Part shown: piece by piece, positions 36,000 through 48,201 of the stretch
How the letters are laid out: every line of letters begins with the position of its first letter
How positions within the stretch are numbered: position 1 is the stretch's first letter
Origin: Takakia lepidozioides
Lineage: Eukaryota; Plantae; Bryophyta
Assembly (NCBI GenBank): GCA_030704615.1
Contig: CM060731.1
Span: forward strand, 86,056,001-86,120,000
Direction of reading: 5' to 3'
Length of the DNA: 64,000 nt
The notes under the pieces: model-generated
The model's database searches: none
Told to the model about the DNA's origin: nothing
Seen by the model: the letters and a program-made list of their open reading frames with translations, nothing else
Program-made: the position numbers and the translations under genes

Positions 36000-37380
36000 G
36001 CTTTGGCCTTATTTCAAAATCAACATCAAATCAAACTTCAAATCAACAAATCATCAAATCAAATCATGAATACAATACAATTGCACGTCGTTGCACTCCA
36101 GTTGCACGTCGTTGCCTTTGTCGGAGTTGTTTAACATAATCATCTAAGTCGTAGCAGACATCCACTGTCAGGAGACAACATTGACATCTAGATATATCAG
36201 ATAACTTTTAGAGAACCTCGGATTATGTGCATGCTAAACTTCTTTGGTGACATCCTCGATTCCTTGACGAATTCGAAAGGTTTTGTCACAGAACGACGCA
36301 ATTGCAATCGGCCCCGAATATTCTTCGTCACAGAAAAACGCGCGCACATGCTCAGGTAGGATGGTAGAGAGAAGCACAACATCGGATGATTTCGCTTCGT
36401 ATATCGGATGAGATCCCATTAATATTTCCACCTCCATGTGATTTACATAGCGTAGAGTCTTGGTGCCAATTTGCATCACTTGCTCCAGTTGCACGTCGTT
36501 GCCTTTGTGGGAGTTGTTTGACATAATCACCTAAGTCGTAGCAAACATCTACTGACAGGAGACAACGTTGACACGTAGATACATCAGATAACTTCTAGAT
36601 AACCTCGGACTAGGCGCATACTAAACTTCTTTGGTGGCATCCTCGATTCCTTGACGAATTTGAAAGGTGGACAATCTCATCGAAAAAATCCAAGAGCTTG
36701 AGAAAGCAGCTCGGAATCTAAAGGAGGAGAGAGACAGACAAGTGGGTTCTCCCTCCCCTCGAACGCCATCACCAAAAACTCGCGCAAATGGTGAAGTAGG
36801 ATGGTAGAGATAAGCACAACATTGCATGATTTCGCTTTGTGTAAAGCTTTGGCCTTATTTCAAGATCGTGGTTATTAGTTTTCAAGATCGTTGTCTCCAT
36901 TGTCCAGAGACAACGTTTACATCTAGATAACTTCTAGAGAGCGTCATATTAGGCATATACTAAACTTCTTTGGTGGCATCCTCGATTCCTTGACGAATTC
37001 GAATGGTTTTGTCACAGAATGACGCAATTGACATCGATGCAATACTCTTCGTCACATAAAAACGCATGCACATGCTCAGGTAGGATGGTAGAGAGAAGCA
37101 CAACATCGAATGATTTTGCTTTGTATAAAGCTTTGGCCTTAATTCAAAATGAACAACAAATCAAACATCAAATCATGAAATCATCAATCATCTATCATCA
37201 AATCATCAAACCATCAAATAAACTAAAATAAAGTCAACAAATTGTTTATGGAGGAACAAGAGATTGTTGCAAGACCATTGATCAAGGGTGCAATACTCTT
37301 CGTCACAAAAAAACTCAAGCACATGCTCAGGTATGATGGTAGAGAGAAGCACAACATCAGATAATTTTGCAAACATCAAA
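36000..37380. repeat. Degenerate tandem repeat, ~350-400-bp period
   Basis: CATCCTCGATTCCTTGACGAATT three times; GATGGTAGAGA.AAGCACAACAT four times. Confidence 0.75.
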
Positions 37381-38035
37381 CATCAAACATAAAATGAACA
37401 GATCGTCAATCGAATAAAAATTAGCGATTAACGATCTGAAGGAATACTTCCATGATTTTGGATTAACGATGACGATTCATGATTAGTGATTAGCGATTAG
37501 CAATTAGCTATTGAAACGATCTCAGATGAAACGATTAGCGATTAGCGATTAGATTGTGGTTATTAGCCTAAATTGTGGTTGGATGGAAACATGAAGTCCA
37601 AATTCCAACATCTGTGTGGACACAAAGCCCCTGCCGACATCAGCCAATACTTTGTGCAAATGTATTATGCTGAGGTTGTAGAGAGAGAGAGAGAGATGAC
37701 TCCGGCCGAGGCCGGCGTAACTAAGAGCCACTTCGCCTTGCAGCTACTACCCCCTTTCGGGGGAGGCCCTATAAAATTAGTGGGTGCCCGGAGGGCACCC
37801 CGTAACCATAAGGAAGAAGGCGGCTGGAGAGGTACCCCAGGGGGGGCCCTAGGGTGTTTTGAGGAATCAAGAGGTCTATGCGATATGGTTTTCAAGCTGC
37901 CTTTTAGCATTGTGGATGCCTCCTCTGGTGCCGGCAGTAAGGACCGTGAAGGGTCCTATGGACCAGCCACGCCGGCGGATGGCTAGAATGAGTGGGGCGT
38001 ATTTTTGGCGTTTTTCCAAAGTGGAGGTGCCGGGA

Positions 38036-38366
38036 TGTTGAGCGGCTTTTACTCACCCATCCCTTCGCTATCCGAGGTGGAAACTCCAAGATACAAGAGT
38101 TGGATATCTCTATGTACTCCTCCCGCTCAGAACAATCAGTCATGACCCTGTGGCTGTGTCAGACTGTGACGTGTAGTTACAGGCTGTGATAGGCTGTGTA
38201 AGCCTCTGACTGCTGACTGTGTGAGCATGTCTGCCACCCCTAAGACCTGTGTCTGTTACCCTTAAGGCCTGTGTTGGTCTGAATCTACCACCCTTAAGTC
38301 TGCGCAAAATTAAGGGTACCCCATAGAACCCATAAAATTGTTTAAGTCCCAGACAGCCCTCTAACA
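38036..38366 (-). mobile_element. 3' LTR (short form) of the gypsy family at 53480-64000
   Basis: TGTTAG...CTCAACA on the minus strand, preceded by the PPT GAGAGAGGGAGGGATAA. Its ends match 62259 and 57500. Confidence 0.85.
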
Positions 38367-38397
38367 TTATCCCTCCCTCTCTCAAAAAGCCGTGCCC

Positions 38398-39090
38398 TCA
38401 TGGTTTACTGCTTAGGATCAGCAAACCTTTGCAAACGAGCACCATTTTGCTAGTGAGAGTCCATCGAAGGGCTCTGTGTATGAGCCCGAGCCGTGTCTTT
38501 GGCTGGTGGGGATGACTGTCGACTAGATGGAGCTGAATGCCCTGCCTTTGGCTGATATGGAGGCAATTTCTCAGGCATAGGAGATCCCCATCATTTCTTC
38601 TCCGCCATTTGAACTCATAATCCTCAGCCATGTCAAAATTTCCCTCCACAGAACCAGTGGTATTCGAATCATCTTCCCACTGTTGGCCGTGCTGTTTCCT
38701 GACCTTCTGTGGCTTCTCATGAAGCTTGACTGGCATACAATGTATGCCCACCATGTCTGGAAGCTTATATTGTAAGACTTGTGTCAACCTCTTTCGGGCA
38801 AGATTAGTATATGCCCGTAACTCTTCATCTGTATAGCTGAGTGGTGTGCCGACGACTTTGGAAAAGTGCAGCCACTTTCTGGCCTCATGCCCTTTGGGAA
38901 AAATGTGGTCAAGGCCCAAGTTCTCCAGAGCAAAAGAAAACCAAGAACGGAGTTTTGGATCCCTTTGAAGCATGACCCTCACATCATACAGATATGTGTG
39001 TGGTGGAACTGGAGGTAACGTCCAATGCTCCCCACTGAAATAAGTCTGAAACCTCATCTGCATCTTCTTGTAGAATAAAACTATAATCAA
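38398..39090 (-). CDS. Extra ORF of unknown function immediately upstream of the PPT/3' LTR
   Basis: Uninterrupted ORF of ~220 aa. Its C-terminus is conserved in frame at 62291-62520 (KWRRRNDGDLLCLR..KGLLILSSKP vs KWQRRNDGNLLCLR..KGLLILTNKP). Confidence 0.6.
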   Translation of the reverse strand: MIIVLFYKKMQMRFQTYFSGEHWTLPPVPPHTYLYDVRVMLQRDPKLRSWFSFALENLGLDHIFPKGHEARKWLHFSKVVGTPLSYTDEELRAYTNLARKRLTQVLQYKLPDMVGIHCMPVKLHEKPQKVRKQHGQQWEDDSNTTGSVEGNFDMAEDYEFKWRRRNDGDLLCLRNCLHISQRQGIQLHLVDSHPHQPKTRLGLIHRALRWTLTSKMVLVCKGLLILSSKP

Positions 39091-39632
39091 CCCTAAAGAA
39101 AAGGATCAATCAGTCTAGAGTTCGTTCGCTGGGGAAAGCACATAATTGAATTGCTATGTCGTGGTTAGAACACTATATCTACTTCTAATTGTCTCCCAAC
39201 AATAAATGTCTTAATATTCATCTCAATTAAATTCCTCTCGTATTGATTTGCACACTTCATCAAATAATCCTCATCTTTTTCTTTCACACAAAATTCTTCC
39301 CATTAAACTCCAACATCTCATCACATTAACATGAAGCTTACAGAGTCTTTCATCAGATCTTTGTCTCATCACACTACTCATATTCTTCTTATCTCTTACT
39401 TAAGCTACTGAAAACGACAAACTAGCATCTCATGTACTAGGGCCTCGGCACTCTCGCTCGAATGACCATGAATACATCGATTCAGCTGAACTCATAGTGT
39501 CCTACTCTAACTACCATAACTACCTAGCACTGATTCAATGGGCTAACATCTATCCTAATAACCCCATTCCTACCAATTATCATCCCCATTAGCCCTTCCG
39601 CCGCTTATTTGCTCATTCCTTCTGTCGTTTAT

Positions 39633-40198
39633 ATGGCGTGTGGTCGAGAAGGTTGCCCTGGGCTTGAACAGGACGGAGGTTACTCTGCCCGGGTTGGCGA
39701 CATTGCCGTCTTGCTATGTCCAGGTCCACTTTTCACGATGAGCCGCCTGAACACCAAGTCTCCATACATGTCCACGAGTGGACTCGGGATTTGCTGGACA
39801 GGTGGGAAGACTAGCTGCGTAATGGTATTTGGCGACTCTGGAACGTGCGGATCGGGGACACGGACTTCCCGCTTTCCGAGGACCCGGACAGATGGCATGT
39901 TGCAAAGTTACACGAGTGGAAGTGTTGTCAGTGGGTGTTTGTTGATATCATCTCCATGCAGTTCAACCGGGAGTACTGTGCGGATCCAGCATCATTTGGG
40001 GATGTTTGGATCAGGGGTGAGGACTTGAATGGACCTGCCGAGCACTCCGTTTCGATCCATTTCTACAATGGGGTGGAAGAGTTGGAGGTAGACGAGGTGG
40101 TGGTGCACTTCGATCAGATCCGCCACCAAGTGCACTATGTTTTCACGAGGTTGCTGGAGGAAGGTCGTGAGGACAGGGTGGTTACCGTGAATACCTAG
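39633..40198 (+). pseudogene. Second copy of the WxCCQW accessory ORF (one frameshift, one TAG)
   Basis: Protein-level homology to 18433-18997 throughout. Confidence 0.7.
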
Positions 40199-40521
40199 TC
40201 AAGGTCACAGAATTCATTTAGCTTCAGCATGTTTTTTTTCTCTGCAATACGGTCACACTGTAGGCTGTGCATGTATAGATGTCGGCTAAGATGTCGACAT
40301 CCGTTGTATCCGGAAGCATGACAATGAATTTAAACTTTGGAGTTTCAATATTTAATTTGAAAAAACATTGCCCAACCTCCTTCATTGGGAGGTCCTTCTC
40401 CCCCTATGACCGTGACACCCTAAACCCTATTCCCGTGGACAATCATTTCTGAAAACATTTCCTGCTCATGATTTTTTCGACAGTTACGAGTATGCTCATG
40501 GCTCATGAAATAGCAGCCCCC

Positions 40522-42760
40522 GCCTCAAGTCTCTTGGCATCAGATCTGCTTATCCAAGAAAATGGGTGGCCTAGGTGTCTTGGACCCGGAAAGGCTTTAC
40601 TAGGCAAATGGCTTCCCCATTAGTTGGGTCTAGAAGGAGGTTGGTGGAAGCTCATGGTCGAAGGAACAATTTCCCTATCCTCCCCATTTCGCACCACTGT
40701 CTGGGCTGCTTCAGAGTGATGGATAACTCAGGGTTGCAATCTCAAATCCCCCGGCTCTAGACTCTGGAGCTCTATCTGGCAGGCTTGGGCCAATTTTCGG
40801 CCCTTCTTACATAAACTGAAACCTACCACATTTCATGAAGTGCAGAGGCAACATCTTTTCCTTAATTCTCCGGAGCCATAAGTCACATAAAGGGCAAGAG
40901 CAAGGAGAGGAGCCTCTTGGGAGATAAGGGGAATCGCGCAGGTGCACCATTTGTGGACTAGCAATCCAGCCTCCCTTCAGGCTGCTCTGGGAACCCGAAG
41001 GCTTAGAGCAAGGATTCAACAGATAATCCATTCCATCCCTGATCATGGAAGCTCATTCTAGGTGAAGGCCCGGGTCAATTCAGACCTCATCAATGGATTC
41101 TCTCCACATGCCCGGCCTCCTGCGAGATCATGTACATAGCAGAGGTTACTGAACCCATCATCTCTGGATATGGATTTAGCATGGTCTGGTTCTCCGGGCT
41201 CTCTCTCTCTCTTCTGTCCAACCCATGAGTGTTCAAATTGAGATGGCTTCCCTGGCTCGTATTTGCCAAAGGTCTGCTCCCACCAAAAGGTTCAATCCAG
41301 TGGTGCCCCCAGGCAGAGCATTCCCACAATGGCTACATTCGGCGACATTTGTCCATATAGACTCCACTGATATACAGACCCTTCAGATTGACCCAGCTGA
41401 GTGGAACTGGGAGTTCAGAAATAAAATAGAGCCCTTCTTTGCCTACTCTGCCAAGAGAGCCTACAAAGCCATGCTTGCAGCCAAGCCAATGCTGCAAAAA
41501 TGGAATGATAAGTGGGGGCTTCAAAACTCACTATAAGATCAAAGAACACCAAAGTCAAAATAGCAGTGATGGAGGTGTTCTCTTTATCCAGTGCCCATTT
41601 ATATCTTGCAGCTTTCCATATGTGCCATAGAATGGAACCCCTTAACACCTCAAAGACCGGGCATATAGAGGCTCTGGTTTTGAGAACTTGGTTGTAGTTT
41701 AGCAGGATGGTCACTGGATTGTGCAGAACAAGATCCCAAACTCTGTAGAAGTCAAGGGCCAGAGGCTAGAGCTTAGTCACGGGCGTGCAATAAAGGAGGC
41801 AGTGTTCCAATGATTCAATGATATCCGAGGGGCAGCAAGGGCAGAGGATTGCCTCCTGGAAGTTGAGGAACTGCCCCACCTTGAGGACCCTGTCAACCAC
41901 TTGCCATAGGAAGGCACTCAATTCTTCCAGACCAGTGCCCAAATACATTTGCAGTTCTCCCCCTAGAGATCTGTCATGGCGGAAGAAGAGAGCTAACTTG
42001 TTCACTAATCACGGCAAACTCTGCTGCTAAGAAAGTTTGGGTGGTTTTGCGCGCAGATATTGAAAGAACACCAGAACGTCAGCAGTCCCTCCTCGCTACC
42101 TTTAGGGCAACCTGGGGGAAGCATGGGATCAAATGTAGCAGTGTTGAGGGAGACTCCTGCCTCTGGCCCGAATGTATCCCTGTACAGTGGCAACACCATT
42201 GGGCCCTCCTCTTTGGCGTCTCCAGAGTTTGATAAATCGGACGTCAATTGGAGGGTGGACCGAAATCGAAGCTCCACTTTCATAAATACATTCTCCTTCT
42301 TCTTTGGTGGTGGTCTCCCTTCTGCCCCAATCTTGGTCTTCTCATTCTATTGTTCGATTCTCTCCCATCTTCCTCTCTTCAGTAGTTGTAAGCTGTCCTG
42401 TTGCTACTATCTCTCTCTCCCTCTCCTCTTGTTTCAACTTTCTAGGTCCGTTCCGTTGGGCCCCTGGTCCACTCTAGTCTTAGTCAACTTCGGTTGGTGG
42501 GATATGCATTGGGTCTACCACCGTTGCTAGGCATGAGGCAACAATTCATGCTACCTCTTTACTGTTTCTAAAAAAACTGGACGCTATTCCATCAGTATCC
42601 AGGCTACTGTTCTTCGGGGCATACGGCGGCCTACGGGCATGTAAGGGTTTCATTTTTTCCTTTCAATAATCCTCAATGAAGTTCTCAAGGGCTACCTCCC
42701 CTTTATTTATTTATTTTTTAAAAGAAAAAAAAGAAAAAAAAATAAAATAAAAATTCTCAT
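40522..42760 (+). mobile_element. Decayed L1-type LINE 3' part with an internally inverted segment (~41527-41930)
   Basis: PQVSWHQICLSKKMGGLGVLDP on plus. The zf-RVT-like CPCCPSDIIESLEHCLLYC is on the minus strand while the flanks are on plus. A-rich tract near 42720. Confidence 0.8.
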
Positions 42761-44154
42761 GCTGCCACCAAGAAGAAAAAAAGAAAAAAATGTGGTTTGC
42801 GGTAAAGAAAGACCCCTCCAACGGTCTCTTCGTCTCTCTCACCTTGCAAATCTGTCGGGTTGCTACTACTGTCATCAATCCAAGAGATTTCCTACGCTCT
42901 CAGCTCTTTTTCAATATATTCTTTTCAAAACTCAGCTTTGTACTTAGATCCACACATGTCTTCCCACTCACCATCCTTTCATCCCATCTTGTTCTTAACT
43001 TCCTAGTATGTAAGCGGCGCCATTTATCATCAGCAGGATTCCCACAGCTCTGCTGTTGTCGTCAACATCAAGTCCAAAATTTAACACCTGCCTTTTGGTC
43101 GACTTCCTAAGCCACCACTAGCTTCTCTCCTTGCTCCTCTACCCGCCTACACACAGCCCGTCTCTCCCATCCATCAGTCTCTCTTTCTCTCTTGTTTTCA
43201 CGCTCATGTTATCCCCTCGGCCATCTCCTTCGTCTTATTGCAGAAGCTGCGCTCTTAGATCCATGGCTCCTTTCTCTTCCTCTCGCACCAGGGGGCGTGC
43301 TAGATTGTGAGCAGCTCACGTGAGTAGGATTCTGCTCACAGTTCTCGGCCTATTACCGCAGACCTGTACCTGCTGGAAGCCCTATTACCGTGGGCTTCAA
43401 GCGTAAAAAATGGAGCAATTTTTCTTAAGAGTGAGCCTGCGGGTTAGCAGCAACATTGTGGAGTGGTTGATTAATGTTTGAGTGTGTTTTGAAAAGGAGT
43501 TGGATGAAAGGAGAGTGGATGAACGATGGATGAATGTGTGATGAAAAAAGATGGATGAGAAGAGAGTGGATGAATGAAAACGACGAATTCAGTCCGGGGA
43601 CCGCTAAAGGAAGGCCGAAAACACATCTTCAAACATGCAACGGACGAAAACTGGTGCTTCATAAATGTCTGACTTAAAACAAATGAGTCATTCCGAAAAG
43701 GCACTTCCACTGCTATCCGATTTTGTGCCCAAAATTGATGCAGAACTGTCTATAAAGATACTAGCCTTGCTCTGCACAAAACCACCTTTGTCGCGGACCA
43801 CAGGAGGGGGAGATGAGAGAAGACTAATTTCCATCGTTGCAACACCCGGATAACATGGCAACCGAAAATCCTGGGGAGGACTTGGGAAGAAGCTTGGGTT
43901 GGCAAAGAAAGGGAGAAACCGTTGCATCCTTGGACTCCTGCAAAGATATCCCAACGGATTAACGCCAGATTGTAATTTGAGTTTTTTTTGGAGGAAATGC
44001 ACAAAAAACCAACACAGATTATGCGAGGTTGTGTTACAGACTAGCCGAACATGCACTTACTCACATGAGAAATCGGAATCCACCTCCAGAGCTTCCGGCT
44101 CTTGCAGATCTGGCTCCGGGAGAGAGAGCGATGGGAAACCACATATTTTTGCAA

Positions 44155-47050
44155 GGATTTATGCCTGAGTCTATGACCCAGGGGGTAATCACACTGCTAT
44201 TTAAAAAAAGGGACCGTACTGACATCCAGTAACTATTGCCCTATTACTCTCCTCAACGTCGCCTACAAAATAATTGCCAAGGCCCTAGCCCTGAGGCTCC
44301 AGCCTCTCCTCCCTAAACTCATTAGACCCAACCAGATGGGATTCATCAAAGGAAGGTACATCATGGACAACATCCTTCTAGCCCAAGAGATCCCCCACTT
44401 TGCTCTCCACTCCGAACAAGCTATAGCCCTCCTCCTCCTTGACTTTGAAAATAGAGTAGAATGGTCCTTCCTTCTAGGAGCCCTTCGCAAAGTCGGACTC
44501 CCCCCTCCTTTCTGTCGTTGGGTCCACATCCTCCTTCGCAATGCTTCCAGTCGAGTTATAGTCAATGGACATCTCTTTCCCTCCTTTCCCCTTCACAGAT
44601 CAGTCAGACAAGGGTGCCCTTTGGCTCCTTTCCTCTTCCTATTTATCGCTGATTCTCTAGGCTACATGCTACAAGCTAACCACGACATACAGGGCCTCCG
44701 CATCACAAACTATCATACCCAGCAACCAGCTTCGCTTAAAGATCCGATGTTTGTCGATGACACATTCCTCATCCTACAAGCTTCTCCCCGCAACCTTCAA
44801 TCGGCCTCCACTACCCTGGACATGTTCTGTCATGCCTTTGGCTTCAAAGTCAACTGGTCTAAGACTTGTGCAATCCTTGCGGGGGACCTTTCTAAATCCC
44901 TTATAGGCACGCAACCAACCTGGGGGATCAATCTAGGCCTTTCTTGGCTCTAGCCTGGTCAATCCACCACTCTCTTAGGGTATACCTATGGCATAGGGCT
45001 AACTGACGACCAGCTCTTCAAAGCTACCCTAAACAGGTTAAAAAATAAACTGAACTTCTGGGGCTCCAAACACCTTTCCTTGACTGGGAGAATACTTGCT
45101 GTGAATCAAGTTCTTTCCGCTAGATTATGGTTCAAATCTTCTTCTTGAAGACCTAACTCCTCCCAGATCAAACAAGTCTGTGCGCTTCTTCGTAATTTCA
45201 TATGGGGTGCTGAAACATCCAGCCAAGGAAGAAAGAGACCCCAAGTCTCCTGGAAGCAGATTTGTCTCCCAAAGAAACTTGGTGGTCTTGGGGTTATTGA
45301 CCCTGACACCCAGATAACGGCTCTTCTTGGGAAATGGATTCCTCGATTCTTTGGGCCCAAAGGGGTTTGGTGGAAGTTCCTTATGGTTGACAATCTACTC
45401 AACAACTCCCCCCTCAAGCTCCCTCTGTGGGCTCCCTCCCTACGATGGGTAGCGCAAGGATTCAACCTCAAGGAGACAGGTTCCACACTGTGCCAGGCCA
45501 CTATCTAGCAGGCATGGGGAAGGCTCAGACCCTTCCTAAGGAAGAAGGACCCACAATCCTACGAGGAAATTGTGAGACAATATATCTTCCTTAATGCCAT
45601 CCCTACATCCCAACTTGATCGCTCCCAAGCCAAACGATGGTCCTACTGGGATAGAAATGGTCTTTCCCAAGTCAAAGATATTTGGGCTAACCAAGGCTTC
45701 ATTGACCTTAACACTGCAGCTCTAAAAGTTGGCATGCCCAGAGTCTCACCAGGCCTTCAATCAGTCATTTCCTCCATACCTCCCCATTGGTTGCCCTCTC
45801 TTCAGGCAGGCCCTCAAGTTCCTCGTTTTCACTTCTGGTCCCTGGGTATCTTCAACAACTCTCTCACCATCTTCTTTGTCCTCAGCTCTCTCAATGACAC
45901 TATAGAAGCCTTCCTCTTCCTTATAGACTAGGTCACTATGACCCTCTCATTACAATGCAACATCCCTCTAACTCTCCCAGCCTTCCCGCACCCCCCAATT
46001 AGAATATGCTGCGAGTCCTCCCCTACCAAGGAAATGAATCCAACCCTTGATCCATCCATCCCTACCCTTACCTGGTTGGCGTCAAATACCTTCTTATGGA
46101 TCTCGGCCGTCTGCTGGCAGAACTTCAGTTCGACCCTGCCGAATGGGCCTGGTCTTTCTCCCGGACTACAACACCATTCTTTCAATATACCACTAGGAAA
46201 GCTTATAAGGCCCTTGCCTCTCCGCTTCCCCTCTCGGACAAGTGGAATGGTAAATGGGCGGACTATGGCTTTCAGGTAGAAAATTGGAAGACCATTTGGG
46301 GCTCTATATGGGCAAAAACAAGACCAACAAAAATCTCGGCCTTTCTCTGGCAAATTGCAAATAGAGCTCTCCAGGTCGGTGAATGGCTACAATTTCAAGA
46401 TGCTCTTCTATGTTCCTGCTGCTCCTCTGATATGATGGAAACTTTGGAACACTGCCTCCTTTTCTGCCGGGCCCCAGCCAGGATGTGGCCTCTTGTCAAG
46501 CATTTTTATTCTCATTGGGACAATCAACCACTGTCACCAATCAATTTTGCTGCTTAACTATGATATAAATTCCAGGGACAAAGCCTTTCAGTGCCCAGTC
46601 TTTGAATGCCTGAGATGATCTATGCTCTGGCATATCTGGAAATCAAGGTGTGTCTGGACCCTCTCGGCCAGGACCTGCTCTATCTCGTCCTTGCTCTCCA
46701 AGGTTTTTTGGGATTTTCAAATTGATGTAAAGAGGGCATGGTCTAAACTGTGTGGAGATATGGCAAGAAAGCCCCAACAAGTAGTAGCTCTCCACTCAGT
46801 CTTCCAATCTACCTGGGCCAGAGGGGGTTTCATCTGCAGCAGCCTCTCGCCATCAGACTGCACCTGGACAACGCTTCCACCAATCACCTGGAGAAACATC
46901 GGGGCGGCCCTCTATGGTGTCCCCATTATTTGAGAGGGAGATCAACTGACGCCATATTCGTGCATCCAACAAGCTCTGCTTCACCTAGGTAGTAGCAACC
47001 CCTTCCGCAATCGCACTTGCCTCTTCTTCTTCTTCTTATTCTTCTCATTC
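44155..47050 (+). mobile_element. 5'-truncated L1-type LINE ORF2 (RT + C-terminal zinc finger), pseudogenised
   Basis: PITLLNVAYKIIAK, QMGFIKGRYIMDN, VRQGCPLAPFLF, MFVDD, CSCC..ETLEHCLLFC. Confidence 0.92.
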
Positions 47051-47394
47051 ATTTTAAAATTCTCCTCCTTTCAACGTCTCCAATCCACCATGTTGCTGCA
47101 TCTCCTTGTGGCACTTCTCAACCCTCTACCATGTTCTAGGGTCACTAGGGCAATCACTACCTCTATCTCTCTTCTAGAATCTCACTCGTAGCTTGCTCAG
47201 GTGATATGCCTGGTTCTCCTCCACTCCCTACGGGATGCACCCATGTAGGGTTTCTCAACGGCAGGGCCCTGCCGCCTCTCCACTTAGAAGGCTAGTTCTA
47301 TTTTGTTCTCTCCCTTCGGAGGTGGGTTTGACTTTCACCGATCACGGTGTGTGTTCCTCTATGGTGTAATTCCAGATATTGCGGGAAATGAAGC

Positions 47395-47660
47395 TTCAAA
47401 GTGCGAATTCGGGGTCACAAAAGTGGAGTTCCTGGGGCATGTGATTACACAGGATGATATCAAAATGGATGACAGAAAGGTGAGGGCGATCTTGGACTGG
47501 GAACCCCCGACTTCGGTCCCGGGAGTACGATCCTTTCTAGGACTCACCTCCTATTACCGAAAATGTGTGAGAAATTTCGTCAAGATCGCGGGGCCGCTGT
47601 CGGATCTTCTGTGTAAGTCCAAGGTATGGGTATGGAATACCTTTTGTGGCCAAGCTTTTG
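47395..47660 (+). pseudogene. Ty3/gypsy RT-connection fragment
   Basis: SKCEFGVTKVEFLGHVI...VRSFLGLTSYYRK. Confidence 0.85.
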
Positions 47661-48201
47661 TTCTGCAGGGCCATGCCCCCTTCTCTTAAAAAAAAAGAAA
47701 AAAGAAAAAGAGAGAAAACAGAAATTCCAGATAGTTTTAAATCGTATAGAAGGCCAACGGTGGGTAGGCCGTGATGAGCGGCGTACACGGAAAGCGAGCA
47801 CACGGCGATGTCTGCTGAACAACTCAACAAACAAACAAAGAAACAAACGCATGCTACCGCTGGTTTGGCATCCCAAGTATTCGCAGAGATGCCAAGGGGT
47901 GATCTTTCTTGTGGGTACGGGATCCATCTGTTGATCTTTTTCAGATGAGAAGATCTGTTCGGGTGTTTGGTTGCTGTGATTTGCCCCAGAAAATCTGATC
48001 GAAACAGCTACAGGGCAATCGTGTGGAAGACTGGGTGGACTGTGTTCATCAAAGGGAGAATTTGGAAAGGATCTTGCAATTGATTGCAAGCTTTGTGCTA
48101 TGTTGCCGCTGGGAGTTTTGGAAACCTGCGATAGAAATTGGGTGATGTGAGCAAGCCGTTGCAGATCAGAGTCACAACCAGGCTTTTTCAATCAGAGTTG
48201 C

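Larger units (their letters stand above)
35333..40521. mobile_element. Non-autonomous member of the same Mutator-like family, opposite orientation to 13437-27397
   Basis: GGGGACTGCTATTTCATGAG ... GCTCATGAAATAGCAGCCCCC. 35333-35519 is the near-identical reverse complement of 27243-27397. Carries the WxCCQW ORF homolog. Confidence 0.8.

Noticed and set aside
27397-40530. Inversion by homologous recombination between two inverted element copies
   Set aside because: This would require the flanks at 27398 and 40522 to be reverse-complement TSDs (CCCCCAAA vs GCCTCAAG), and they are not.
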